From positions 124,001 to 188,000 of the forward strand of contig JAQGDQ010000437.1 of NCBI GenBank assembly GCA_030141605.1: a stretch of 64,000 nucleotides of DNA, written 5' to 3'. The position numbers and the translations under genes are program-made. Below, one piece after another: positions 36,501-50,220 of the stretch (positions are counted from its first letter, which is position 1; every line of letters begins with the position of its first letter). Source of the stretch: Tubiluchus corallicola (Eukaryota > Animalia > Priapulida). Under the pieces are notes generated by a model, which worked only from the letters and a program-made list of their open reading frames with translations, made no database searches and was not told the DNA's origin.

Positions 36501-39500
36501 CTTTGCGTTTCTCCTTCAGCTTCTCCCGTTTCATCCGCTGGTCGACCGTCTGAAATTAAAGAGCACTCGTCAGACTCACAACATCAGAGAATCACCACTA
36601 GAGGGAGCTGCGAGTTTTTCAACTAAAAACTGTCTTTTCAACTTTTTCGAGGCAACTATAAAATTATAACATTTTCGGAACACGTTTAGAATTCATCGTG
36701 CAATTAAAATACCCTATCCCTTACCGTCCCTGACCCTAACCCTAACCCAATGCTAATCCTAATCCTAACACCAACGCTAACCTTAACCGTAACCCAAACC
36801 CTGAGCCTAATCCGAATGTTGAACAGATTTCTTCACAAGTGGGGAATTGTTGACTTGTCCATTATTACTATGTTCGATTGTGCAAAAAGTTGCAAATTCA
36901 CAAGAAACGTTGACAAGGCATGTTGAAAGAAATGTTGAAAGAAATCCCAAAGCTTCTAAATTCAGAAGTTATTACTATGTCCATTATTACTATGTTCAAT
37001 CGTGCAAAAAGTTGCAATTTCACAAGAAATGTTGACAAGAAATGTTGAAAGAAATCCCAAAGCTTGTAAATTCACAAGTGAATGTTTCAAAGAAAATTGA
37101 TGCATTTAAAGTTGAATTTCAAAGAATGCGTCACTGTCTCCAAAAATGTTGAAACATCAACATCAAATTCAAATGCAGCAAAGCTGCCAGATATCGTTCC
37201 AATGGGCGCCGATTCTCTCTTTTTCCTGCTTTCTGTTGACAATATCCCAGTTGATCAACTTACATAAAGGCGAGAGAGTGAGTTAAAGGCAAAGGATACA
37301 AAATATCGTTACCTCCTCGTGTAGCTGCTTGAGTTGGGATAACTGCTCCTGACGTTGCATCTCATCCTCCGCAAACTCGTAGTAGCCGACGCCCATATCT
37401 CTCACCTCTGAAAGCGGGTGAAAACAGGTAAAAATAAACCACTCGTGTGTTTTTGAACACATTCTGAATAATTAGTTTTAAGAAAACAAAAAAAACAAAT
37501 GATGGAACAGCCAAAAATACACACTTGTTCACTGTAGTTGTGCAAAAGCAGCCAAATTGTTAAGAACAATGAGTTTATGGTACAGCACCTTTTACAAAAA
37601 AGTGTTTGGTCCGTTTTTTTTTTATTATAAAATCAAGATTATTACATGACTATGAAGATTTTTAAGTTAAGACTACGTGTACGTGTAATGAATAGTGCAT
37701 ACAGAACAATTTGCATTTAAACACGCAGAATTGTTTCCATGTGCCTGTAATGCTTAATCCGTAATGCGTGATACATGATCCGTATTCATTCGAACGTGAT
37801 CACTATCATCCGAACGTGATCACTATCATTCGAACGTGATCACTATCATCCGAATATGTATCATGCAGCAATACACGGATGGGAAGATGCCGTTTACTAG
37901 GCGATTTAGTCAGGCAAAGTTTGGTTATTTCATGATCTACACACGATAATATTTCTTCTTCCATTTGAGTTTTTGAAAGGTGGAAGAAACCATACAGTTA
38001 TACCGTTTGTATCGTATTGCAGTTCATTCACTAAGTCGTGATACACGTGATATCGTTTTCTCCCCTCCAAAAATGCTGTGCACCTAAAAACTGTGCTTTC
38101 ATCTAATAATAGTACAACGATACGCTAGAGCCACCGCCATGATTTCTTGATCGCCGTTGCATTGAAATTTTGACAGAAACATGGCTTTCAAAAAACTGTT
38201 CTGGCACAAGTAGTGAAACTTGCACTTGACTGTCTTCCAACATTAATGCAGTGTAGATAAGTTTGCAAAGGATCAAGTGAAACTACAGATACGAACCATT
38301 ATGTCTGACGTTCTGATAATGCACGGGACCCGCTGGCTGATTCATCTCTTTTTGCTGTTTCCTCTCCCACTCTTCCCTCTCCATTTCCCTTCTCATGTCG
38401 TCGGACAACAGATCCGGTTGATCATGCCCACTATGAAACAATAGGTAAAGTCGTGACATCAAATACAGGTAAAGTCATGACATCAAGTACAGGTGAAGCC
38501 ATGACATCAAGTACAGGTAAACTCGTAACATCAAATACAGGTAAAATCATAACATCAAATAGAGGTAAAGCCATAACATCAAATACGGGTAAAGTCATAA
38601 CATAAAATACAGGTAAAGTCATGACATTAAATACAGGTAAAGCCATAACATCAAATACAGGTAAAGTCATGACATCAAATACAGGTAAAGTCATAACATC
38701 AAATACAGGTAAAGTCATGACATCAAATACAGGTAAAGTCATGACATCAAATACAGGTAAAGTCATGACATTAAATACAGGTAAAGTCATGACATCAAAT
38801 ACAGGTAAAGTCGTAACATAAAATACAGGTAAAGTCATAACATAAAATACAGGTAAAGTCGTAACATAAAATACAGGTAAAGTCATAACATAAAATAGAG
38901 ATAAAGTCATAACGTAAAATACAGGTAAAGTCATAACATAAAATACAGGTAAAGTCATAACATAAAATACAGATAAAGTCATAACATAAAATACAGGTAA
39001 AGTCATAACATAAAATACAGGTAAAGTCATAACATAAAATACAGGTAAAGTCATAACATAAAATACAGGTAAAGTCATAACATAAAATACAGGTAAAGTC
39101 ATAACATTAAATAGAGGTAAAGTCATAACATAAAATACAGGTAAAGTCATAACATAAAATACAGGTAAAGTCATAACATTAAATACAGGTAAAGTCATAA
39201 CATAAAATACAGGTAAAGTTGCAACATAAAATACAGGTAAAGTCATAACATAAAATACAGGTAAAGTCATAACATCAAAGCAGGTAAAGTCATAACATAA
39301 AATACAGGTAAAGTTGCAACATAAAATACAGGTAAAGTCATAACATAAAATACAGGTAAAGTCATAACATAAAATAGAGATAAAGTCATAACATAAAATA
39401 CAGGTAAAGTCATAACATAAAATACAGGTAAAGTCATAACATAAAATACAGGTAAAGTCATAACATAAAATACAGGTAAAGTCATAACATAAAATACAGG

Positions 39501-42500
39501 TAAAGTTGCAACATAAAATACAGGTAAAGTCATAACATAAAATACAGGTAAAGTCATAACATCAAATACAGGTAAAGTCATAACATAAAATACAGGTAAA
39601 GTCATAACATTAAATACAGGTAAAGTCATAACATAAAATACAGGTAAAGTCATAACATAAAATACAGGTAAAGTCATAACATAAAATACAGGTAAAGTCA
39701 TAACATAAAATACAGGTAAAGTCATAACATAAAATACAGGTAAAGTCATAACATAAAATACAGGTAAAGTCATAACATAAAATACAGGTAAAGTCATAAC
39801 ATAAAATACAGGTAAAGTCATAACATTAAATACAGGTAAGTCATAACATAAAATACAGGTAAAGTTAACATAAAATACAGGTAAAGTCATAACATAAAAT
39901 ACAGGTAAAGTCATAACATAAAATACAGGTAAAGTCATAACATAAAATACAGGTAAAGTCATAACATTAAATACAGGTAAAGTCATAACATAAATACAGG
40001 TAAAGTCATAACATAAAATACAGGTAAAGTTGTAACATAAAATACAGGTAAAGTCGTAACATAAAATACAGGTAAAGTCATAACATCAAATACAGGTAAA
40101 GTCATAACATAAAATACAGGTAAAGTCATAACATCAAAGCAGGTAAAGTCATAACATAAAATACAGGTAAAGTCATAACATAAAATACAGGTAAAGTCAT
40201 AACATAAAATACAGGTAAAGTCATAACATAAAATACAGGTAAAGTCATAACATAAAATACAGGTAAAGTCATAACATAAAATACAGGTAAAGTCGTAACA
40301 TAAAATACAGGTAAAGTCATAACATAAAATACAGGTAAAGTCATAACATAAAATAGAGATAAAGTCATAACATAAAATAGAGATAAAGCCATAACATAAA
40401 ATACAGGTAAAGTTGCAACATAAAATACAGGTAAAGTCATAACATAAAATACAGGTAAAGTCATAACATAAAATACAGGTAAAGTCATAACATAAAATAC
40501 AGGTAAAGTCATAACATTAAATAGAGATAAAGTCATAACATAAAATACAGGTAAAGTCATAACATAAAATACAGGTAAAGTTGCAACATAAAATACAGGT
40601 AAAGTCATAACATAAAATACAGGTAAAGTTGCAACATAAAATACAGGTAAAGTTGCAACATAAAATACAGGTAAAGTCATAACATAAAATACAGGTAAAG
40701 TCATAACATAAAATACAGATAAAGTCATAACATAAAATAGAGATAAAGTCATAACATAAAATACAGGTAAAGTCGTAACATAAAATACAGGTAAAGTCAT
40801 AACATAAAATACAGGTAAAGTCATAACATAAAATACAGGTAAAGTCATAACATTAAATAGAGATAAAGTCATAACATTAAATACAGGTAAAGTCATAACA
40901 TAAAATACAGGTAAAGTTGCAACATAAAATACAGGTAAAGTCATAACATTAAATAGAGATAAAGTCATGACATCAAATACAGGTAAAGTCATAACATTAA
41001 ATACAGGTAAAGTCATAACATTAAATAGAGGTAAAGTCATAACATAAAATACAGGTAAAGTTGCAACATAAAATACAGGTAAAGTCATAACATTAAATAG
41101 AGATAAAGTCATAACATAAAATACAGGTAAAGTCATAACATAAAATACAGGTAAAGTCGTAACATTAAATACAGGTAAAGTCATAACATAAAATACAGGT
41201 AAAGTCATAACATTAAATACAGGTCAAGTCATAACATTAAATACAGGTCAAGTCATAACATAAAATACAGGTAAAGTTGTAACATAAAATACAGGTAAAG
41301 TCATAACATAAAATACAGGTAAAGTTGTAACATAAAATACAGGTAAAGTCATAACATCAAAGCAGGTAAAGTCATAACATAAAATACAGGTAAAGTCATA
41401 ACATAAAATACTGGTAAAGTCATAACATAAAATACAGGTAAAGTCATAACATTAAATAGAGGTAAAGTCATGACATCAAATACAGGTAAAGTCATAACAT
41501 TAAATAGAGGTAAAGTCATAACATCAAATACAGGTAAAGTCATAACATCAAACACAGGTAAAGTCATGACATCAAAGCAGGTAAAGTCATAACATAAAAT
41601 ACAGGTAAAGTCATGACATCAAATACAGGTAAAGTCATGACATTAAATACAGGTAAAGTCATGACATAAAATACAGGTAAAGTCATGACATCAAATACAG
41701 GTAAAGTCATGACATCAAATACAGGTAAAGTCATGACATCAAATACAGGTAAAGTCATGACATCAAATACAGGTAAAGTCATGACATCAAATACAGGTAA
41801 AGTCATGACATCAAATACAGGTAAAGTCGTAACATAAAATACAGGTAAAGTGCTTCAAAGTTTCCTTTCAATATTTTAAAGAGTAGATTGTTTTGATCTA
41901 TAGTTTAAGATTGGGTCTGGTTTTGCTTTAACTTTGTCATCCTCTTGCAATAACCCCCTCCAGTTATTCCTCTCTCTCTTGTCCACCTGGCATCTCAGAC
42001 TTTCAGTGAAACATGAATTAACCCTTTCACTACGTAGCTGTGTTTTAACTGGGTCAAATTGACTTTTGCACATCTGATAATAACTTCTTATGGTAATGTT
42101 ACAAAAACAGAATCTCGCGAATAAACAAACAGTTGTTCGTTATTGAGTACTAATATTAAACATTAGCTTTTATTTCTACACATGCACACACATACGAACA
42201 CACATACATGCACTCATGCACACACACGCATGCACGCACACACACGCGCACACACACACGTACACACATACGAGCACACATACATGCACTCATGCACACA
42301 CACACACACACACACATGCACGCACACACGCACACACATACGAGCACACATACATGCACTCATGCACACACACGTGCACACCCTCATGCACACCCTCACA
42401 CCCACAAAACTAATCCATAATATGCAATTATTTTATAAGAATGCAGAACAATCAACTAAACAAACGTTTCATCAATGATCTACAAGTGATTTTGTGTGGG

Positions 42501-45500
42501 AACATACCATACAGTGCAGTATAGTGGAATGCTGCTGGCTTCAGGCGTTGATTGGCTGGTTAGCATTACTTTGTTGCAAAGCAACCCCAATCCCAAGGCT
42601 ATGAAACTTTTCTACAATGTTCTGCATGATTGTAGCAGTGAAATAAACAGATTTGGGCGACTGCGCTTAGTGATGAGCTTTAGTGGCAGTGTGCCGCCTT
42701 CCGGAGTGAAAGGGTTAAACTCAGAACAACTCATTATATGAATTGATGCTGTAAAATAAATTATATGTCGCTTACATCATGAAATTCTTGTCCATCTGCA
42801 TCAGATTCTGAACTTCTTTTGCAAGACATTTTCTTGTTCTGCCCAAAGCATCTGTATACTCAACCCTGCAAAAAAAACATACTCAGCTAAAATATACAAT
42901 CATTTGCAAACGTTTACGACCAAAGTGAATTTTTCATGAAAATTGACAAAACCATCGTTTAACATGGTTCCATCTAAAAACTATTCATTTATTCTTCTAG
43001 AAGAATATACTACAGCATAGTTTGTATGTTTTTATCCAAAAATAGTCACAGTCCTTGAACATTTTAGTACTTTGTATAACCGCCGAAGTTGTCAATCACT
43101 GCCTTCATTCTAAGAGGCATACTGGAAACTAGGTTTTGGCAGTAATCGGAAGTAATTTCTTTAACCCAAACGTCCTTGATAACTCTTCGCAAGTCTTCAG
43201 CACTTGATGGCTGCCTGTCTGCCACCTTATCCTTCAGTATCTGCCAGAGATTCACTCGTACTCACTAGACGTCACTGTTTCAACCACTACCAGTATGATG
43301 CAATCAACAATGAATCTGATGCAATCAGGGTACAGTCTGATGAAAATCCAGAAAACTCGAGCTTGGTCTTAAACTTTTGCAAATGACTGTAAATATTAAT
43401 TTATATCTGAACTATGCCATAGTTAAGGTATACAAATTAGTATGAAATAATGCATTTTTGAAGGATGTCAAAAGGATCAAATCAGCCTTTTCATGGTTTT
43501 GCTGTGCACAAGTGCAGTTGCTGTAGGTCAGAGGTTAAGTGTAATACAGCAACACGTCCTAACCACAGCCGTCACGTGAGATGTGTGTAAAGCAAAGTCG
43601 TTTGCCACATCAGTTCAGTAACGTTAGTTGTTTTACCTGAACTTTACTTAATTATGCATTAGTCTGTGCATAGAGGTGATTTGCTAGCAGGATCTTCTTG
43701 GGAACAAGAAAAAATGAATTAGGTAAGGTTCTAGCTAACAGTTAAAACTGTTGCTACTACAACAGCATGAGCTTGGGCTGCAAGGCATTGTCAAGTGTAC
43801 GCAAATGCGTTGCTTGGTACACTTAACCTTTGGCCTTTTCACGATCATCATCAATCACTGCAACTGTGATCGATGATTTCTTTAGCAGGGTAAAAAAATT
43901 TCATTTGTAGCACCAAAGGAAAGCAACAGTTCTTTGAAATAAAATACTTCACAACGCATCGCAGTACTAGTGAACGATGAAACTGACAGAATGTGAATTC
44001 TGAAGCGTTTGAAACTGACTTTAGCACTGCGACCACGCCACGAGTAATTCACGATTACCTAGAATTTCTAGCATCGCGCCCATCACTAATGGTTTTTCAC
44101 TCATGTAGAAAAATCGGCACAAAACTCTTGTTGCTTCGTAAGATGATTATATTATAGAAATGCTCGAGAATGTACATTTTAGGACTGTAACGATACACCT
44201 ATGTCACGATACGATACATATCATGATACTAACCTCACGATACGACATATACCATGATACATCTGAGTTAAAGTTTGCAGACTTTGTAAAAAAACCAGGT
44301 GAAACTATTAATAATAAATGCTAAACATATTTTATGAATCAACAGCTTTAGGAGTGCAAAATGCCAAAATAACACGACAAACTGTTTGATTTTTATTTAT
44401 TATTTAGGTAAAGTAGAGGCCATTGTTTGCATTGTAAGCCACAAGAAGAGCTAAACATCAATACTTTAGGTTTAAAAGTTGTTTGTGAATTTTCTGGTTC
44501 ACTTTTGCCATTTCACAAGTTTATATGTAAACGACATAACTGTGGAAGTTGGAACTGTACATTGTAATTAGGTGCTGCCATCTATGTGCTAATCTTGTTA
44601 CATCCTACCAGCTGACTTACCTTCAGTATAATTGTATGGTGCAGTGACTATATACACACTGGTCCTCTCCCTATCTAAAATTAATGGTTGTTGTGAAGCC
44701 TGAGCAACTCTGCATAGGTCAAGTTCTATACCTGTATACTGACTGTGAAACAGGTTTTACTGACTGTTTTTGCTTTCTAGTTTTTGCTCAATGTTCAGTG
44801 CAGCAGTTTTGCTACTCATGTTTTCTGTAGTTCAATAAACACTTTTCTGTTGTGTGAAGTGCAAATATTTATTATAGATTTTGGTTCCCATTCATACTTC
44901 TCTATGTCTAAACTCAATCATAACAAAGTGACTGAACAACAACTTCAAAAATGACTTTCACAATATCTAACCAACTATAGATTAGACACCTTGACTGCAT
45001 TTTGAACAAATCTGACTGCTAGTATTGCCTGCGTTAAGTTGACTACAGCTCGCTGCACTGATTGTTATGTATCTACAGTACACTTTACAGCTGCAGCTTG
45101 AATCACTTCACATCATTTTCATTAGCTAGTCTTTGTGGAGAAATTCAGACAGAAGAGCATTTTTGTGCGAGTGCCATGAAAATGCACTTTATAGATCACT
45201 GCACGCGTTAAATTATAGCAATATTGCAAATTTATTTGACGGAGAATTAATGTCAACTGGAAATTTAATTTACGGCTGTATGCATAGATTTGTGAATTAA
45301 ATAGTATAGCTTAGTTAGCGGACATATAACCGCATTATTGAGATTATCAATTAGGTAAAATATTTGTTTATCACATGTGTACAAATGCTTAGTTAATAGT
45401 TTTTTCGCTTCATAGAGTTTAAAACTAAATTTGTATATACTGTATATATCTGTGTATATACCTTGTGCAGCTATGTAGAGTCAAATTGTTAGTATGATCT

Positions 45501-48500
45501 GGAAATCATTACCCGAGCTCTGCCCGCTGATAAAACCATCGGGTATGCGTCGAGTTTGTAATTTTCAGTGTTGGAAATTTGATTCTCAGAAATAAAATAT
45601 CTATTTATCTATCCTATCTAGCATACGGTCAAGCGTGTGCTAATTTACTAAATAATGTTAATTCAGATAACTTGTCACGTACAAGTACACTTTGGCGGTA
45701 CGTATTATCACGATACATCGACGTACGGTTACGGAACTAGTACATCTTGCATGGATGAGAATGACATATTGCAAAAAAACTCTGAAACAGGCCGGGGGTT
45801 TTGGGGCCACCTAGGCCCCCTCAACCCCCTTGGATCCAGCAACAAATTGTAATTTTGTGACCATAGAGAGCCACTAAGTGGACTTAAAATATCAATTGCC
45901 TTGTTTCATGCATAATTTAAAATACCCAACTATCAAGGATACATGATACCTAATTGTCTCAAAAACGCCTAAGTACTGGCCGCTCCTATGCAAAAGTACA
46001 TAAAAACTGTCTGCAATTGACTCAAATAACTCCGCACAATTGATTCTATGTTTTTATACATAGAGATATACACGTGGTTACACTGATGTACGTGATGTAA
46101 ACAAAGTGACGGCCTGCCAACTAGCAGTCAGCTTGTAAAATAATGTACTGGGTCCGTAAAAATTTTCGCGATTTACAAAAATGGCACTACTGGTCTTCCA
46201 AAAACTCTGAATTCCGCGTATCCGGAATTCTCATCCCTGATCTTGTACATATAAATGTAACAAAAAAACAAACAAACACGTAAACAATATGACTAATAAT
46301 AATTAAATCTGAATGTACCATCACATACCATTCGTCAGCCGCTGGTTCGTTGCCAGGGCTACCTGTGTCTTGACCAGACGCCCTTTTCTTTGGTGGTTTT
46401 CCTCTCGTCTTCTGTATATCGTCTTTAGGCTTTTTGTCGAAGTCGACCAGGAAGCGATCCGACAGTTCGGGGTCGACAGCGGCGCTTCCGCTGGTCAAGT
46501 GCTCGTACAGTTTGGATTTAGACTCCAAGGACAACCTGGTAAATATGGTATTGCAAAGTTATTCAATGCTAGAGAAACTAGCTGAAACTACGGCCAAATC
46601 GCGTTGAAAACACCGGTTCTCGTCTGATCACCGAAGTTAAGCAACGTAGAGCCTGGTTAGTACTTGGATGGGTGACCGCCTAGGAATACCAGGTGCTGTA
46701 GGCTTGCGGGATGCCCACACTGTATCTCGACACTAGGCGGAGGAGCTGCGCAAGCAGTCAATGGCTAGAGGGCGGAGGAGGTCAAGTAACCCAACGGCCA
46801 TGTGTAGAGGAGTAAACCTTCCAAATCAGGAGTGGAGCCCCGAAGGCGGACCAGTGCAGCATGCTCACTGACTTCGGCAGCTCCTGCAGCCAACCTGATG
46901 CCAAACATATCGCTCCGCTTTCCTTTGGACTACACCAGGGAGGAAGAGAGGTAGTTCCTGTTGTCTGGGCAACTCAGGATCTCCATACACCTTGCCCAGG
47001 CGAGCGCCCTGGAAACGTTCAAGGATCACACTGCTCAGCCACAGTCGACGCTGCAGCTCCATCAATGTGATCAATAACTGACTCTCTTGGCGCACACTCC
47101 ATTGTCTTCTGAGACAGAAGGATGCCAACAACAAAGAATTAAGCTTACCATACCTTTATGCAAGGAAATGAGGAAAGCAAGATCATTAAAGGAAAGAACA
47201 AGTCGTTCAATATCCGGGATGTTACTGAAACTGAATTTACAAAACCGGAATTTATGAAACATAGGAAACCAATGCCGAACTAAAATTTTTTACAAAACCA
47301 ACTACTATTAAAAGTGAAAAAAGAAAGCTCTAAAATAAGTGAAATATTTTGCTTTTATTTGCTGCGATGCAAAATTACTGATAAAAATCAATTAACTAAT
47401 TAATTACTTAAATAGTTAAGAAAAAAGGAATTAAAGTAAATGTTTGCAAACTTTAATTTAGCCTATCATCTTAAATTATCCCAACTTAGATACATTAGGA
47501 GCTATTAAAGGCAGTACGTCAAACCACCCAGAACGAGTGTTGAACCCGGTAGTTAATTATACGTTCACTAACCAAACTTGGCATTGCTTTACTGCATTCA
47601 CTAAGCATGCACCATGACTGCTCATTTGTTTCTCAGACATTTTTTAAATGCAAAATTTTCTACAGTTCGACAAATAGGACACCGAAAAGCGCACAAAGAA
47701 ATAATGAAAATTGCCTATATGTTTATGTTTTTCTAGAACATAAACATATTTCATGTTCTAGGGATATGTTCAGCGATGTTCAAGTAGAACATTCAGTACC
47801 TTGATCTCTCTAATGACTGCTGCTCTTGCTGTAATTCTTCGAGATCCTTTTGATTTCGGCTTTCAACTCTTAAATTTTGTTTACTCCATATATTCTACAA
47901 TGAAATAAAAGTAAATTAGCGAAAAATATAACTGAAGCTGATTACAACTCACTAACTCACTAAGCTTGTACTATGTACACTATCAAAATTTAGAGTAAAA
48001 AATAATCTTTAAGGAATGTAGGTATTTGGGCAGCGAAAAGGAGCCTCTGGGAGCCTAGGGAACAGCAAGACTCAAGGAAAAAAGAAGCTATCACAAGTAA
48101 GTAAGTAAGCAAGTAAGTAAGTAAGTAAGTAATTAAGTAAGTAAGTAGGTAAGTAAGTAAGTATCTTTATTTATCACCTTTTTTACAAGACAAACACAAA
48201 GCATGGAACGATAATATGATATAAAGTGACAAGGTTATTAAATGAATAAATTATCTGAGTTAATGGTGTTCAAGTGATAGGTGAAAGGGTGGCGAAAAAC
48301 TTACCAAAGTTTCCAAAGTCAACCACCCTGTAAGTAATGTTGCTATTAGTAATACGCGCAATTATCTTGACGAAGATTTCAGAATGTGTGTAAAACTATT
48401 GAGATTAAGTTTAAATTTGAACATAAATATCATGGACATAAAGGCATAATAAATACATATAATGTTGATATTCAAAGCAATGTGTACATTTATGCAGACA

Positions 48501-50084
48501 GAAATGCCTTACCTCTTAAATTTCATTTACATGTTAGTACTGAATATGGTATGTTTCAGTACTGCACAAGCGAAGCAAAACGGAATTTAACCTACAGTAA
48601 AAACTTATATCAAAAAAAAGCAACAAAAATCTACTCAAAACCCCATCTCTTCTGCTTTCTCTCGCTCACCTGCTCTTCTGCACTTTTCTTCTGTTTGGCA
48701 GCGGCAAGTGCGCTCGCGTAAGATGCATCTGACGACGTTCCAACATTCAACTTCTCTCTCTTGAATTCTTCCTGCTTCCGGGCGAGCTCAGCTTTCAAAT
48801 CTACGAGCTGAAAGCAACATTCAGCACTGATCAGAATAAAATACCGCCAAGTGTCTTCAAAGGAAAACTGGATAATTGAATAGACTCGATCTTATTTTAA
48901 TTTACTTTCCAAAATATATATTTTCTTGTCTGTAATATTTGAATAATTACATTGGAAAGTAATTAACAGCAACCGAACACAGGTATCGCTTACGTTACAA
49001 ACTTGCCACAGTTTGTGCAATGGCAGGCATCTTCCCTGCGCATCTAGCACATTTGCGTAAGTGAAGATTGCTATAAGACGCCGATGTGATGTCAAGAAAA
49101 TGAGCCTTTCATCACACTGACATCACAGACAAACACTGCAGATCATGATCACGCTTACTGCAACTATTTGTCAGCCACGCGAATGTGGTAAAAAGGCGGC
49201 TTTGCCAGTCTGAGTGCATTCACTGAGACGCATAGCTTTGAAACTTTAACAAGATTTAACTATTCAAGGTAATTGTTATTTAATCTCAATTCAATATATT
49301 TATTTCACATACCGAAATCTAGGTATGTAAGAATCTAAGCTTTGATTTAATAAAAGCGTGTGTAGTTTTCAATATTTTAAAGCATACTTTATTTTGAACT
49401 AATGTCTACACAATCGTTCGGTTTTCTTTTAAAGGAAGACCGGACGATTGTTTAGACTCAATCTCATTTTAATTGACTGTCCAAAATATACATTTTCTTG
49501 TATGCGCTGCTGCCAGTCTTAGTAGATTCACTGAGCCGCGCGTAGCTTTGTAAGCTTAATGAAATTTGAGTATTCGAGGTAATAATTATTTAATCTAAGC
49601 TTTAATTTAAAATAAGCTATTGTAGTTTTCAATATCTTAGAGCATTCTTTATTCTGAACTTGTGTTTACACAATCATCCTGTTTTCATTTAACAATTTAC
49701 TTGAATTAGTTTTATGAATCTTAAGAACCGCATTAACTGCGCTTCCGTATCAAATTTAGGAACTTGTAACAAATCTCGCACGATAATAAAAGAAACATGC
49801 CCAATGCTGACCTCTACAATCGTAAATTTGAAAAAATAAACCTACACTACTTCTTAAAAAGCTGTCTATATCTTCTAATCGCACAAACTTCATTTTGGAG
49901 AAGATAGGAAGAATTTGTGATACATATTCTATAAAAAAAATTCAAAGTTGAGAAATGAGCATAAGCCTAACTTCGACGGAGGCTGGCTAGGAAAGACCTA
50001 GCACGAACAACACGTAAATAACTCACTTACTGAGGACGAATTGACATCAATAATTTTCCCTTTTGTGCTTCTGTGATCACTCAT
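28339..50084 (-). CDS. CCDC174: Coiled-coil domain-containing protein 174, long isoform ~1093 aa, 10 coding exons
   Basis: Exons 50084-50031 (M...IDVNSSS), 48807-48670 (LVDLKAELARKQEEFK), 47894-47800 (IWSKQN), 46535-46329 (KSKLYE...FLVDF...EW), 42865-42776 (VEYTDALGRTRKC), 38430-38297 (LLSDDMRREMEREEWE...GPVHYQNVR), 37407-37313 (EVRDMGVGYYEF), 36549-36438 (TVDQRMKRE...ARLQK), 34670-34539 (IREWDLGK), 30563-28339 (ERPDEFAPPSSY). The motifs match vertebrate CCDC174 in order, and all phases are consistent. Confidence 0.92.
30650..30747 (-). CDS. CCDC174: CCDC174 alternative short terminal exon (APHRQMTQDEWIEKKRSERPRQFAPPPSNLYS*)
   Basis: Acceptor gcttgcag, phase 1. Homologous to the start of the long exon. 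AATAAA at 30621-30616, about 30 nt after the stop. Confidence 0.7.
30933..32265. mobile_element. Kolobok-like non-autonomous element (related pieces ~9990-10081, ~15175-15620, ~41868-41931)
   Basis: TTAA|AGCAAATCTGGACCCAATTTTGAACTG ... CAGTTTAAGATTGGCTCCGGTTTTGCT|TTAA; internal inverted arms ~31480-31610 and ~32040-32210. Confidence 0.7.
32539..33017. mobile_element. hAT (Charlie-like) non-autonomous element
   Basis: TIR CAGGGGTGTGCAAATT...AATTTGCACACCCCTG; 8-bp TSD ATCTAGAG; subterminal GCGGGCC repeats. Confidence 0.92.
36712..36812. repeat. Degenerate interstitial (CCCTAA)n tract
   Basis: ccctgaccctaaccctaacccaatgctaatcctaatcctaac... Confidence 0.7.
38440..41850. repeat. 24-bp satellite, ~140 copies, in a CCDC174 intron
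   Basis: Unit AAATACAGGTAAAGTCATAACATA. Confidence 0.98.
42022..42714. mobile_element. piggyBac-like MITE containing a degenerate (CA)n tract
   Basis: TTAA|CCCTTTCACT...AGTGAAAGGG|TTAA. Confidence 0.85.
43064..43255 (-). mobile_element. Tc1 transposase C-terminal fragment
   Basis: NLWQILKDKV...L...I..VW...LVSSMPLRMKAVIDNFGGYTKY. Confidence 0.85.
44180..45739. mobile_element. hAT-type element with CGATAC subterminal repeats, containing a nested LTR
   Basis: TAGGACTGTAACGATAC...GTACGGTTACGGAACTA; TSD GTACATTT/GTACATCT. Confidence 0.65.
44541..44920 (+). mobile_element. Gypsy-type solo LTR nested in a hAT element
   Basis: TGTGG...CA termini with 4-bp TSD TAAC (44537-44540 and 44921-44924); AATAAA near 44834. 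Same family as the minus-strand copies ending at 8982 and 18237. Confidence 0.7.
45750..46239. mobile_element. TIR element with 6-bp TSD (related end at ~61500-61612)
   Basis: CATGGATGAGAAT...ATTCTCATCCCTG; ATCTTG on both sides. Confidence 0.7.
46588..47134 (+). mobile_element. 5S rRNA-derived SINE, copy 3 (CCDC174 intron, antisense)
   Basis: Same 5S head, body and CAACAACAA tail; small internal deletion near 47010. Confidence 0.88.
48858..49692. mobile_element. Two tandem Kolobok-like MITEs sharing a TTAA at ~49430
   Basis: AAAGGAAAACTGGATAATTG...CAATCGTTCGGTTTTCTT-TTAA-AGGAAGACCGGACGATTG...CAATCATCCTGTTTTCATTTAA; homologous to 62322-62878. Confidence 0.75.
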
Positions 50085-50169
50085 TCTACAACAACTCTTA
50101 TATTACGGGTACATATTCACTCAATTGCAGAATAAAGAAAATATTGTAATCAACGCCGCAAAATAGACA

Positions 50170-50220
50170 AAGACAGTCGCCATTTTTGCTGCCCAAATTG
50201 CTCGGCATTATGGGTAGTTT
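50170..50220. promoter_or_regulatory. Candidate CCDC174 promoter, possibly shared with TAF12
   Basis: YY1-like AAAATGGCG (minus, 50186-50178) and ZNF143/Staf-like TACCCATAATGC (minus, 50216-50205), about 100 nt upstream of the CCDC174 ATG. Confidence 0.5.

Noticed and set aside
38431-41806. Long MTLPVFYV-repeat ORFs
   Set aside because: Translation of a 24-bp satellite inside an intron, broken by frameshifts.
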